NCBI GenBank assembly: GCA_965249555.1
Contig: OZ252243.1
Location: 1,472,001-1,536,000 of the forward strand
DNA: 64,000 nucleotides
Direction: 5' to 3'
From: Nitrosopumilus sp.
Lineage (GTDB): Archaea; Thermoproteota; Nitrososphaeria; Nitrososphaerales; Nitrosopumilaceae
Shown here piece after piece: positions 1 to 9,723 of the stretch. Numbering within the stretch: position 1 is the first letter of the stretch; every line of letters begins with the position of its first letter. Below the pieces are notes generated by a model, which worked only from the letters and a program-made list of their open reading frames with translations, searched no databases and was not told the DNA's origin. Both the position numbers and the translations under genes were made by a program.

Positions 1-588
1 ATTGGAACTCGTTTAATCCCTCCACTAATTGATAGAGTTGCAGCAACCGAACATCGTGAAATTCTGCTACTCAGCGTTCTTGGACTTTGCTTTGGATATT
101 CCTTATTTGCAAACATTGTAGGATTGTCTGTAGCAATTGGGGCATTTTTGGCAGGTGTGCTTGTTGCTGAATCAAAATCAGCCGAAATCTCAAAACTTCT
201 TTCAAGCCCAATTAAAGACATGTTTGTAGCCATATTCTTTATCTCAGTTGGTGCGCTGATGGATGTCTCCCAGCTTGAAAATTATATTGGTATAGCTATT
301 GTTTTGATTGCAGTTTCTGTTGGCATGAAGTTTGGAGGTAATATGCTTGGGAATATCATATTTAGACAAAAACGTGGTAAAGCACTTCGTTCTGCATTTT
401 CCTTAGCTGCACCTAGGGGTGAATTCTCAATTGTAATTGTGAAGGTTGGAGTAGACATGGGTGCAGTCAGTGCTTTCTTGTTCCCATTGGTTGGTATGAT
501 TTCTATAATAACTGCAATTATTACTCCCTTTTTGATAAAAGCTGGAGATAGAGTAATTCCTGTTGTGGAGAAGAAAGAAAATGCCTGA
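1..588 (+). CDS. Cation:proton antiporter (CPA2/KefB-like), 5'-truncated by window edge
   Basis: Open frame from base 1; hydrophobic; motifs GAFLAG, FFISVG, PRGEFS. Confidence 0.85.
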   Translation: MGTRLIPPLIDRVAATEHREILLLSVLGLCFGYSLFANIVGLSVAIGAFLAGVLVAESKSAEISKLLSSPIKDMFVAIFFISVGALMDVSQLENYIGIAIVLIAVSVGMKFGGNMLGNIIFRQKRGKALRSAFSLAAPRGEFSIVIVKVGVDMGAVSAFLFPLVGMISIITAIITPFLIKAGDRVIPVVEKKENA

Positions 589-1012
589 TGAGTTGGAAAA
601 ATTATTAGAACAAGTTCATGATGGAATTACCACTTTTGATTTTGATGGTAATACCACTCCTTGTATTATAATTGAAGAGAAAAAATATGATGAAATGTTA
701 TCAAAAGTTGCTGGAGCATCTTTATCGATTAACACTGATCTAAATATTTTACAAGATGGCCTGGGAAATGTTTTTGTTGAAGTTGTTTTGATATTTTCAA
801 GAGGAAATATTGTTGAAAAATTTATAGTTAATGCAAAAACTGATCTTATATTCTTTGAATCTCTTGCAAAAACGTTCATGCTTGCGCTTTCTTCTCCACA
901 TTCTCAATATGGAAAAGAAAATGTGTTTATGATCCAGTTACCTCGTCCAGAAAAGGCTCAAGATGCACTTGAAATTATTCGAAATGCATTGCTGCCAAAA
1001 AATCAAAAATAG
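581..1012 (+). CDS. Conserved hypothetical protein
   Basis: ORF overlaps the antiporter stop; ATG at 581 (MPDELEK) preferred over the upstream GTG. Confidence 0.7.
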   Translation: MPDELEKLLEQVHDGITTFDFDGNTTPCIIIEEKKYDEMLSKVAGASLSINTDLNILQDGLGNVFVEVVLIFSRGNIVEKFIVNAKTDLIFFESLAKTFMLALSSPHSQYGKENVFMIQLPRPEKAQDALEIIRNALLPKNQK

Positions 1013-1014
1013 AG

Positions 1015-1088
1015 TGCAGTTACCGGGATTTGAACCCGGGTCACTAACTTGGCAAGCTAGAATATTAACCAAACTGTACTATAACTGC
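1015..1088 (-). tRNA. tRNA-Gly (GCC)
   Basis: Reverse complement GCAGTTA...CTAGC-TTGCCAA-GTTAG...GGTTCAAATCC...TAACTGC-A folds as a cloverleaf; no intron. Confidence 0.95.
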
Positions 1089-1114
1089 AACAATCCTAGA
1101 GGCTGATTTTGGAT

Positions 1115-1127
1115 ATTAAACTGTTTT
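1115..1127 (+). repeat. Left boundary direct repeat of island 1 (ATTAAACTGTTTT)
   Basis: Identical 13-mer at 19215-19227; both copies sit at core/accessory transitions. Confidence 0.55.
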
Positions 1128-1130
1128 TTT

Positions 1131-1643
1131 GTATGAATCAAGCACTTAGATGTATTTTGCCATCTCAGAAAACATGTTCAATTCCCTTATTCTCCATGTC
1201 TCAAAGCATGTAAGACCGAGATCACCCTCATGCCCTGACTACTCTTCATCTGCCCGCGAACATTCCTCTGCATCACGCACTTTCGAATGGAATTCTCTGC
1301 ATCATTGTTAGTTGATGGAACATCGCCATCCATGACAAACGTAAACATGCTGTTCCTTGCAGTCTTTAGCTTCTTGCCAAACTGAACCATTTCCGTATCA
1401 CCTTTCAAATATCGTGCAATGATACGGTCTGTCTGTTTTAGTAAATCATTCCTGTACGTTTCCCGCCGTTTTGCATAACGATTACTCACACTCCAAATCC
1501 TGGCATGACCTAGCATCTCTGAGAATTTCTCATATAGAATCCTGGCCTTTTTGTCTTTTGATTTTATTGCCAGATATTTGGCATCGCGCTGCAGGTGTGC
1601 AGTGCATCTCTGCTTTGTGTTATCACAAAATACGGTCCTGTAC
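1131..1643 (-). pseudogene. Truncated IS66-family element (3' part of transposase plus right end)
   Basis: Near-identical inverted copy of ~3186-3701 with small indels; ends in GTATGAATCAAGC. Confidence 0.9.
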
Positions 1644-1968
1644 CATTGTTTTAATACTAATCTTCTTTTTTGGAACAGATTTTAATGAGACAAACGTGAA
1701 TAGTATATGTCAGGTAATGTCTAATGGATAAAGCACAAAAAAAGAGAATTAAGGCTTTGTATGGTTGTGATGAAAAAATCACATCATATTTGATTCATTC
1801 TGGCACTAAAATTGGTAACACAACAAAATCCAAATTAGAACAAGGAAACGTAGACGAATTAGAAACCTAAACAATCATCTCCGCCAAAAATGAACAAAAT
1901 CATACGTGGAATTTTTGAAGCTTATTAAATTAATAAAGTAATAAATATCATATAATTCTAATCACATC

Positions 1969-2196
1969 ATGGAATGGTTTGATTATCTAAAAGAAAAATG
2001 CATTGATTGTTACAACTTGAATAAAGATACAGAGCCAGAAACAATTCCATTTGTTCCTGATAATGTACCAATTAAGAAAGGCACTATTGCAGAATTTTTT
2101 AAAGATAAGAAAATTTTGATTTCATTGTATTGTGAAGAGCATCAAAAAAAAATAGATAGTCTCATTAATTTTGTTGAACCTTTTAAATCAAAATGA
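1969..2196 (+). CDS. Small hypothetical protein, possible Zn-binding (CxxC...CxxH)
   Basis: 75-aa ATG ORF; CIDC and CEEH. Confidence 0.5.
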   Translation: MEWFDYLKEKCIDCYNLNKDTEPETIPFVPDNVPIKKGTIAEFFKDKKILISLYCEEHQKKIDSLINFVEPFKSK

Positions 2197-2238
2197 ACTA
2201 CACTAAAAGTATCTCTTTGTTTTTTAGAAAATTTTTTC

Positions 2239-3701
2239 GTATGTATCAACCTTCACGCACAAATCAACACTATTACACAAAAAGATCTAAGATCAACTAA
2301 ATCATCATACAAAACATGTCAGGTTGTGGTCATGAGAAAATCATCATACAGCTACAAAAAAAGACAAAACAACAAGACGAAGTGATAAAACAACTACAAG
2401 CAGAGTCAAAACAACAAAAACTAATCATAGAGAATCTCATAGAATCAAACAAGGAACTGCAAAAAAAGCTGTCATATTATGAGAATGCGCACTCTCCGCC
2501 ATCAAAGAATTCCCTTGAATGGAGAAAGCAAAAAAGACAACACAGACAGCCAGGCAAATCAAGACGTGGTGGAATAGCAGGACACGTTGGCAAGACACAG
2601 AAATTCAGACCAACTAGCACCAAACACCACAGATCAGATGCATGTCCTAAATGCGGTAGTGAAAATATTCATCAAACCAAAACCTGCAAAAGGATAATGG
2701 TTGAGATTCCTCCACCAACACCCTACGGTATAACTGAGCATGTTTTGAATCAATACATCTGCATGGACTGTTCTGATAATTTTCAAACCACGGGAAACCT
2801 TCCATCACATGGATGTTTTGATGGTTCAGTGATACGTGAGGTAGTCTCACTGTTCTCAAAGAGATTGACATACGATGCTATCAGAGCCACACTCTATGAA
2901 AGATATGGATTAGAAATCAGCAATACAACCGTACAATCCATTCTTCGCAACGGTAGTGTGATGTTAGAGTCATTTTACAATACAATCCACAGCGAAATCG
3001 TGACTGAAAAGATTCTCGGAATCGATGAGACAGGATTTTCAATTGATGGAGATACTGGATGGATGTGGGTTGCAAGAAGCAAGACTAGTGCACAGTATGC
3101 CTTGGAGTACAGCAGAGGTGCCAATGTTCTAAAAAAGTACTGGAAGAAATTCAAAGGAACCCTAGTGTCTGACGGATATGCTCCGTACAGGACAGTATTT
3201 TGTGATAACACAAAGCAGAGATGCACCGCACACCTGCAGCGCGATGCCAAATATCTGGCAATAAAATCAAAGGACAAAAAGGCCAGGATTCTATATGAGA
3301 AACTCTCAGGGATGCTAGGTCATGCCAGGGTTTGGAGTGTAGGTAATCGTCATACAAAACGGCGGGAAACGTACAGGAATGATTTACTAAAACAGCTGGA
3401 CCGTATCATTGCACGATATTTGAAAGGTGATACGGAGATGGTTCAGTTTGGCAAGAAGCTAAAGACTGCAAGGAACAGCATGTTTACGTTTGTCATGGAT
3501 GGTGATGTCCCGTCAACTAACAATGATGCAGAGAATTCCATTCGAAAGTGCGTGATGCAGAGGAATGTTCGCGGGCAGATGAAGAGTGATCAGGGCATGA
3601 GGATGATCTCAGTCTTTCTCACATGCTTTGAGACATGGAGAATAAGGGAATTGAACATGTTTTCTGAGATGGCAAAATACATCTAAGTGCTTAATACATA
3701 C
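2239..3701 (+). mobile_element. Complete single-ORF IS66-family element (ISBst12-like organisation)
   Basis: TIRs GTATGTATCAA / TTAATACATAC; 8-bp target duplication ATTTTTTC at 2231-2238 and 3702-3709. Confidence 0.92.
2316..3686 (+). CDS. IS66-family DDE transposase
   Basis: Coiled coil, SPPS, CPKCG Zn finger, IDETG, SDGY, CTAH, TNNDAEN motifs. Confidence 0.95.
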   Translation: MSGCGHEKIIIQLQKKTKQQDEVIKQLQAESKQQKLIIENLIESNKELQKKLSYYENAHSPPSKNSLEWRKQKRQHRQPGKSRRGGIAGHVGKTQKFRPTSTKHHRSDACPKCGSENIHQTKTCKRIMVEIPPPTPYGITEHVLNQYICMDCSDNFQTTGNLPSHGCFDGSVIREVVSLFSKRLTYDAIRATLYERYGLEISNTTVQSILRNGSVMLESFYNTIHSEIVTEKILGIDETGFSIDGDTGWMWVARSKTSAQYALEYSRGANVLKKYWKKFKGTLVSDGYAPYRTVFCDNTKQRCTAHLQRDAKYLAIKSKDKKARILYEKLSGMLGHARVWSVGNRHTKRRETYRNDLLKQLDRIIARYLKGDTEMVQFGKKLKTARNSMFTFVMDGDVPSTNNDAENSIRKCVMQRNVRGQMKSDQGMRMISVFLTCFETWRIRELNMFSEMAKYI

Positions 3702-3806
3702 ATTTTTTCTTAGTTTTAAGATTAACAACAAATTTGTTTGCTTTGACAATTTCATCTTTACAAGTGCCAACTATTAGAGCAATTACACTTTTGTGATTGC
3801 ATTTCT

Positions 3807-4106
3807 TTATGCAGTTAGCGGTAAGAGATCTATTTGAACTCCAAGGGGAGTTTCCAAACTGACTAAATCTTTTGCATCTGTAAGAATACCTTCAATGGAA
3901 AGAGAATATATTTTGAGATCTTCATTATCACAACCACGTAGATTTGGTTGGTTCTTAATCAAACCATCTTCTTTTATTGGATCGCCATTAACAATAATAT
4001 CAAATTTATGAGAATGTTTTACAATTGTCTTTACAGCGCTTTTAACATTGGATTCATTATAGCCAGTAAATGCTATTTGCATTAGTTTTTGCATTTTACT
4101 TCTCAT
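3807..4106 (-). CDS. uS10 (ribosomal S10/NusE)-like paralog
   Basis: 99 aa; QIAFTGYN..VK..V..IV......I.VNGDPI and LVSLETPLGVQIDL follow the uS10 pattern; recognised by eye. Confidence 0.55.
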   Translation of the reverse strand: MRSKMQKLMQIAFTGYNESNVKSAVKTIVKHSHKFDIIVNGDPIKEDGLIKNQPNLRGCDNEDLKIYSLSIEGILTDAKDLVSLETPLGVQIDLLPLTA

Positions 4107-4143
4107 CTTTTTATTTCTGGTACGTTTAAAGATATTGTTTTCA

Positions 4144-4310
4144 GGTACTGTTAACTTTACGGGATCTCTCCAAATTGCTGTTAAGTCGAGACCTATGAAT
4201 TTTCTCCTGATTTTTCAAGACTGTTAACTTTGTGATCTAATACAAGTCCGATTTGAAAGGGATTCAGACGTGAGTATATGAAAATAGATTAACTGTTAAC
4301 TTTGTGATCT
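4144..4310 (+). repeat. Three spaced direct repeats ACTGTTAACTTT(GT)GATCT, period 72-73 bp
   Basis: CTGTTAACTTT starts at 4148, 4221 and 4293. Confidence 0.8.
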
Positions 4311-4333
4311 GATAATCGTGTAAAAATTTGGAT

Positions 4334-4555
4334 TTAATCTAGAGATGCTTGTTCCCACTGCTGTCGGCTTGGAACCCAAATAAATCCCCTTAATGACAGA
4401 ATATCGTTAATTCTTCTCCAATATTTTTTGTCAATCCAATCAGTTATCGGAATAACGGCTATTTTATTTTCATTTTCGTTAATCTTGACATATTTGCATA
4501 GTTTGCCTAAATTTCCAGATATGCTATTCATATGTATCTCCTTGGATAGAGGCAC
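4334..4555 (-). CDS. Hypothetical protein
   Basis: 73-aa ORF with plausible composition. Confidence 0.45.
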   Translation of the reverse strand: MPLSKEIHMNSISGNLGKLCKYVKINENENKIAVIPITDWIDKKYWRRINDILSLRGFIWVPSRQQWEQASLD

Positions 4556-4841
4556 TCATACAAGTAATCATATTGCAGATCTTTGTTTTTGAGTAATTTG
4601 TGATATTTTTGCATCGTATCGTAAGCGTATTTGGAATCCAAGCCAACATCGTAAATAATTGTTAAAGAACCATTGGAATCCAAATTTAAGAAGAATTGTG
4701 TTGATCTCTGCCCATACAGCATTACCAATTCATCCCTTTGGCTTAATCTGCATGCATCCATCATTACATGTTATCTCTACATATTTTATGAGTTCTCCCA
4801 ATATGGAAGAAGGTTCAGTACTCTTTGTTGATTTATGTCTG

Positions 4842-5798
4842 TTAGAGGCAGCTGCATTTATGAGACTGATATTTTTTTGAAATGTCTACATTGTCAAGAC
4901 CTGCAACAAATGCTGGTGTCTTTCCCTCAAGACCCATATGTGGTCTTACAAAGTTATGATGTATTCTAAGCAAGTCTGCATAGATCTGAGATGAATCATC
5001 ATTGTCTAATCCCCTGCGCACCTTCAGATTGGCAGATATTTCATTTGATATTTTTGTAGCCAAAAGAAATCGTGTTTTAGGATCAATTGCAGACCAAAGC
5101 CAATTATAGTATCCTTTCTTTGAAATAGGTTCAGTTTTTCTTACATTGATCATCTTTTCATCAACTGACCAAGCATTACCAATTGTAGGTTTGAGTGTAT
5201 CCACATATTCTTTAATTGTAATGCTATATTTTTTTATCCAGTATCCTATAGTCACATGAGATATCCGTATCCCTCTTACATTTGAGAGATGTTCTGCTGT
5301 GTTGCGCAAAGACATTCCAGACATGATCAAATTTAATGCCTCTGAGATCATACTTGGCTCAAATTTTACTTTTGCAAATCCACTTTCAGAATTTGTAAAT
5401 TTTCTGTCACAGTCTTTACACCCATATATTTGTAATTTTCCCCTATACTTGGTTTTTCTAAATCCTTTTTTGACTATTTTTGTAGATGAACAATATACAC
5501 ATATTGAAGGAATTTCTAACATTGGTTTTTTAAAATTCGATGTTACATCCTGTGAACCATGTAAAAACTCATGTACATACAGTATGTGACTGCATCTCTT
5601 ATCATCATTTCCACTTCGTAATCTGTCAATAAAATCATAGCATTGGCATGTCCACACATCAGATTTTAGCGTCTTTGTCACAGTATACCTCATTTGGTTT
5701 TTCTGAGAATCTACTTGATAGCGATTATTGTTAATACGTTTCACTGTATAATGCTTAAAGGCGTTTTTCTGTACCGTCTGTGTATGTTGTTTTACCAT
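4842..5798 (-). pseudogene. SWIM/Zn-ribbon IS6 (IS240)-type DDE transposase with internal deletion
   Basis: CQC...CSH SWIM, CVYC/CKDC ribbon, HTH, WSVDE, WLWSAID, HNFVRPH..L.GKTPA; the segment with the second Asp and the Glu appears missing. Confidence 0.8.
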
Positions 5799-5885
5799 AT
5801 TACCATTATACCATATAATTAAAAGGTATAAAAAGATAATGGTAATTACCGCCAAATTTAATTATGAGGTAGATTGACACTTGTT

Positions 5886-6032
5886 ATGGGAGAGAAGGCC
5901 AAGACCTCGATTAACGTGGACAAGGACATCTGGGTCAGGTGGATCAAGTTTGTTGTAAACAAGACAGGCTCTGCACGCAAGATAAGCGAAGAACTAGAAA
6001 AAGCTATACTGGAATATATGAAGCGAAAATAA
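5886..6032 (+). CDS. Small ribbon-helix-helix DNA-binding protein (not in ORF track)
   Basis: MGEKAKTSINVDKDIWVRWIKFVVNKTGSARKISEELEKAILEYMKRK; alternating beta strand followed by two helices. Confidence 0.7.
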   Translation: MGEKAKTSINVDKDIWVRWIKFVVNKTGSARKISEELEKAILEYMKRK

Positions 6033-6259
6033 GCATCTTGAAAGTTTTGATACACATTATTCTAATGTGTCATTTGATTGATTTTATTATTTTTATTTCA
6101 TCTTCTCCTACATTTGATTTAGGTTAATTTTGATTAGTTTAATTTTAATTTATTTCATCAATTTAATTTATAAGTCGACTCATGTATTTGAGAGAAAATT
6201 GTTGTAGAGAAGGGTTTGGTTTCAATCTTTATCCATTTTTTTTCTTCTATAAAAAATCG

Positions 6260-9200
6260 TTAAATTTTTTCGTATTCTATTAATACTTGATTTTTAAATT
6301 CCTTTGCAACAATAGGAAAATTATCTAGAATATATCCCAAGTTTTCTTTTGATATATTGCAAATTTTTGTAGCATATGCATTAATTTGTGCCATCAATTC
6401 ATTTCGTTCAATTTCATTAGTTACTACATCATTGATTTTGAGTTCATTTTTTATATCTTCATACTCTTGTGTGATACAAATTAATCTTGCAACTCTATTA
6501 GCAATTTCCAGAAGTAATGGATCATCCTCTGTTAATTTTGGAACTGTAATTTCTTTAACATAAAACATGTTAACGTTAATTGCAACTTTATGTCTAATCA
6601 AAAAATCAATAACAAATGAATTTAGCATTCCACATAAGTAAAGTAATTCTTTATAACTCAAAAACTTTTCAAATTTTGAACCATTAAAAAATATTGGTCT
6701 TATGTAATTTAATGAATTTCCTAAATATACATTTGGAGGTAAAATGGTACAGATTAATGTACGCTGATTTGTTGCATTACTTATCAGTCTCCATCCAATT
6801 CGGAAATGATCAGCAGGGATTTGTAGTTGTATGGATTTAGATTTTTTATTATTTTTACTCAAGATTCTATTTACTTTTGTTTTTTCTCTACTTGAAATTG
6901 CATTTCGAGCTTTTCCAAAATCTATCCAGTATCTTGGTTTTTTAAAAGTATGTGTAAATTGATGAATCATTTTCCCTTCAAATAAAACAGCTCCATTTCC
7001 TTCAGTATTAAAAATAGGAGCATCATCTGTCATGTTAAATTCTCGTTGAAATTCTAAACCCCATTCAGGATATGATAAAGCTGAAAACTCGCTCATCTTT
7101 TTGAAAATCTCTACATCTTTTTTATTACTACATTCAATAATTGATAGAGCAATTGGGGAAAGTTTTCTTACAATTTCAATATCATAATCTATAGATTCTG
7201 TTTTCATTCTTGAGAGTTGATCTGCATCTTGAAGATAAAATGCAGATTTGAAAACAGATGTTTTGGATCCTTTTGAGAAAATCAATGTAATAAATTTGAA
7301 TTGTCTGTGTATTTCTTTAAAAATTCCCTTTCTATTTTCAAACCCATAAAGTGAAATAATTTTATTTTTATTGAACAACATATTTCGTAATCCATTAGAA
7401 CCTAAATCAGTATATATTCCAGAAGGTAAAATAACACCTGCAATGCCATTTTTTTTCAAGAGGTGATAATATTTTTCAACAAATAATTGATATAGATTAG
7501 ATTTGATCTTATTTCGTTTAACAGCTATTTGTGGAATCTGATATGTATATTGTGAACTATTTTTAAAAAATTCTTGTTGAATGTCTATGTCACTATTGTA
7601 TTTTTTCCAATTACTTGAAATTTCTGAATTCTCTAACAGTTTTTTAATAATTTCATTTTTCTCAGATTTTTTCAGCGATGTAAATTTTTGTAATTTATCT
7701 GAATTATGTAATAAGCCAAAAAATTCATTAATATTTGGTTCTAAAATCTCCCAAGGCGGATTCCCAACCACAGCATCAAATCCAGGATTTTTCTTCCGTT
7801 TCCCATTTTCATCATAAAAGATGTCAGGAAACTCCAAGTCCCAATGGAAGAACGAATGCTCTGAGGCAGTTTCCTTAACCTGTTGCCATCTCTCATCGGA
7901 ATAAAAGTCGAGGCTGTTCTCGCCGATTTTTGTGACAAAATCACCTATCGGAGGCACATCTACATCAAATGACTTGGCCAGTTTGGCATCTAGTAGGAAC
8001 TTTAGATCATAGTATACGGTTCCTTTTGACTGCATGCTGCCATATTTTACAATCTTTGTCTTTACTGCCTGAGCAGTGTCGTCTTCCCATGTCTCAAGCA
8101 TGATGAAATCTCTCACGGTTTTCTTAAAGCGTGTGCGTCCCTTGGTTGATTCCATCAGTGTTGTCTGTTTCTCAAGTATGTCATCAATGCTAGAGCCAAT
8201 CAATGAGTTACCTGATTTTATATGTGCACTCAAAAATGACAATGGTTTTTCAGAAGAAAGGGTTTCAAGCCACAGTGAGACACTGGCAAGATCAACTGCA
8301 AGGGGGTTTATGTCAACCCCATAAATGCACCGTCTGGCAACATCTCTCTTTCTCTCCACAAATGCAAGTTCAGTTATTTCATCTTTGTGTTCTATCTGGC
8401 AGATTCTTCTTGCAATATAGTTTGTTGCACCAACCAGAAAGTGACCGGACCCCATTGCAGGATCCAAGACATTTAGAGCAAGTATTTGATCAACCTGCTC
8501 ACTAGGATCATCTGTTTTCTTTATTATATCATCAATTAATGGACCTATCGCATTTTCCACAATATAGTCTACAATATACTTTGGCGTGTAATAACTTCCA
8601 GTGGATTTTCTTTCTTTTGGATTTGGCAGGTCAGATACTTTGCCGTCTTTTACAGTGAGATGATATTCCAAAAGATGCTCATAAATGGATCCAAGATGAC
8701 GGGTCTCAAGTGCAGCATAGTCTAAAAAGAAATAATTCCCTTTTTTATCTCGGGTTCTAGTCAACAAGCTTATTGCATCAAGAAGATTCTTGTTTGGAAT
8801 CTTCCATTTTTCTAGATTGGAATGGATTTTTCTGTCAAATAATCTTCCATAGTATGAACGCATGGAAAACTTTTTTGGATCATAGTCCAGATCCTCACTA
8901 CCCATCTCAATTAACCTGAATAGTTTTTTCAGTCTTTCATGAACCTGATATTTAACAACATCATGATCAGATTTTAAAATCCATTGTGATTTTATCCATT
9001 TGAGGCTAAAGTTATCGTGATAGAATTTCTCATCTGGAAACACCGAACGGTCTTCTGCATAAAGGACAAACATGATCCTATAAAGTAAAATAAATGAGGG
9101 CTCTCGAATATCTTCAAGTGTTTGTTCATCCAAAGTAAGATTATTTGATTTATCCAAAATAATTCCCTCAGATAATATCTTTAATGCCTCAAACACATTT

Positions 9201-9697
9201 ACTGTTAACTCATCATGAATCTGGATTGCAAATGAATCAAAAGCATCAGATACTTTGGATACAATTGATGATGCAATTGAATCCTCATCAACTCTGATTT
9301 TTTCAAGAAAATCTACAAAAGTTTTTGGAACACCTGTGTCTGACTTGATGTCTATTGGAACATGCCTTGTCTCTGAGAATGATTTTGAGAATTCCTTTGA
9401 AAGGCTTGAAAATACCCACTTGAATCCGCCTGGATTGTGCGAGCATACCATGGCAAATCCATGATTGTCTTTGATTATTTTTGTGGAGATTCCTTTCCAT
9501 TCTCTTAAAGAATCTGTGTTTGTCTGGACATAGTAAATTTGATAATCATTTTTGCTTGCAATTATTCTTGCTTCTGAAACTGTTTCCTTTTGCTTGTCAT
9601 TCCAATTGTCCTTATTTACTGGCTTGTCTGCAAAATCAAAGTTTAGTTCTGAAAACAAGTTTCGTAACGAGTTCAGATCTTTTAACCTGTATGCCAA
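6260..9697 (-). CDS. Eco57I/Type IIG-like amino-DNA methyltransferase with C-terminal TRD (expressed allele A)
   Basis: LGSIYE, GSYYTP, VLDPAMGSGHFL (motif I), IYGVDIN, GNSL, FHWDLEFP, FDAVVGNPPW (motif IV), then TRD. Confidence 0.93.
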   Translation of the reverse strand: MAYRLKDLNSLRNLFSELNFDFADKPVNKDNWNDKQKETVSEARIIASKNDYQIYYVQTNTDSLREWKGISTKIIKDNHGFAMVCSHNPGGFKWVFSSLSKEFSKSFSETRHVPIDIKSDTGVPKTFVDFLEKIRVDEDSIASSIVSKVSDAFDSFAIQIHDELTVNVFEALKILSEGIILDKSNNLTLDEQTLEDIREPSFILLYRIMFVLYAEDRSVFPDEKFYHDNFSLKWIKSQWILKSDHDVVKYQVHERLKKLFRLIEMGSEDLDYDPKKFSMRSYYGRLFDRKIHSNLEKWKIPNKNLLDAISLLTRTRDKKGNYFFLDYAALETRHLGSIYEHLLEYHLTVKDGKVSDLPNPKERKSTGSYYTPKYIVDYIVENAIGPLIDDIIKKTDDPSEQVDQILALNVLDPAMGSGHFLVGATNYIARRICQIEHKDEITELAFVERKRDVARRCIYGVDINPLAVDLASVSLWLETLSSEKPLSFLSAHIKSGNSLIGSSIDDILEKQTTLMESTKGRTRFKKTVRDFIMLETWEDDTAQAVKTKIVKYGSMQSKGTVYYDLKFLLDAKLAKSFDVDVPPIGDFVTKIGENSLDFYSDERWQQVKETASEHSFFHWDLEFPDIFYDENGKRKKNPGFDAVVGNPPWEILEPNINEFFGLLHNSDKLQKFTSLKKSEKNEIIKKLLENSEISSNWKKYNSDIDIQQEFFKNSSQYTYQIPQIAVKRNKIKSNLYQLFVEKYYHLLKKNGIAGVILPSGIYTDLGSNGLRNMLFNKNKIISLYGFENRKGIFKEIHRQFKFITLIFSKGSKTSVFKSAFYLQDADQLSRMKTESIDYDIEIVRKLSPIALSIIECSNKKDVEIFKKMSEFSALSYPEWGLEFQREFNMTDDAPIFNTEGNGAVLFEGKMIHQFTHTFKKPRYWIDFGKARNAISSREKTKVNRILSKNNKKSKSIQLQIPADHFRIGWRLISNATNQRTLICTILPPNVYLGNSLNYIRPIFFNGSKFEKFLSYKELLYLCGMLNSFVIDFLIRHKVAINVNMFYVKEITVPKLTEDDPLLLEIANRVARLICITQEYEDIKNELKINDVVTNEIERNELMAQINAYATKICNISKENLGYILDNFPIVAKEFKNQVLIEYEKI
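7753..7942 (-). repeat. 190-bp inverted repeat, copy 1 (within the MTase gene, DFVTKIG...GNPP)
   Basis: Exact reverse complement of 15461-15650. Confidence 0.97.
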
Positions 9698-9723
9698 AGT
9701 TTCTAGTTTTTTATCAGCCAGAT

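Noticed and set aside
4144-4310. CRISPR array
   Set aside because: Only three ~19-bp repeats, ~53-bp spacers and no cas genes; kept as an unexplained repeat
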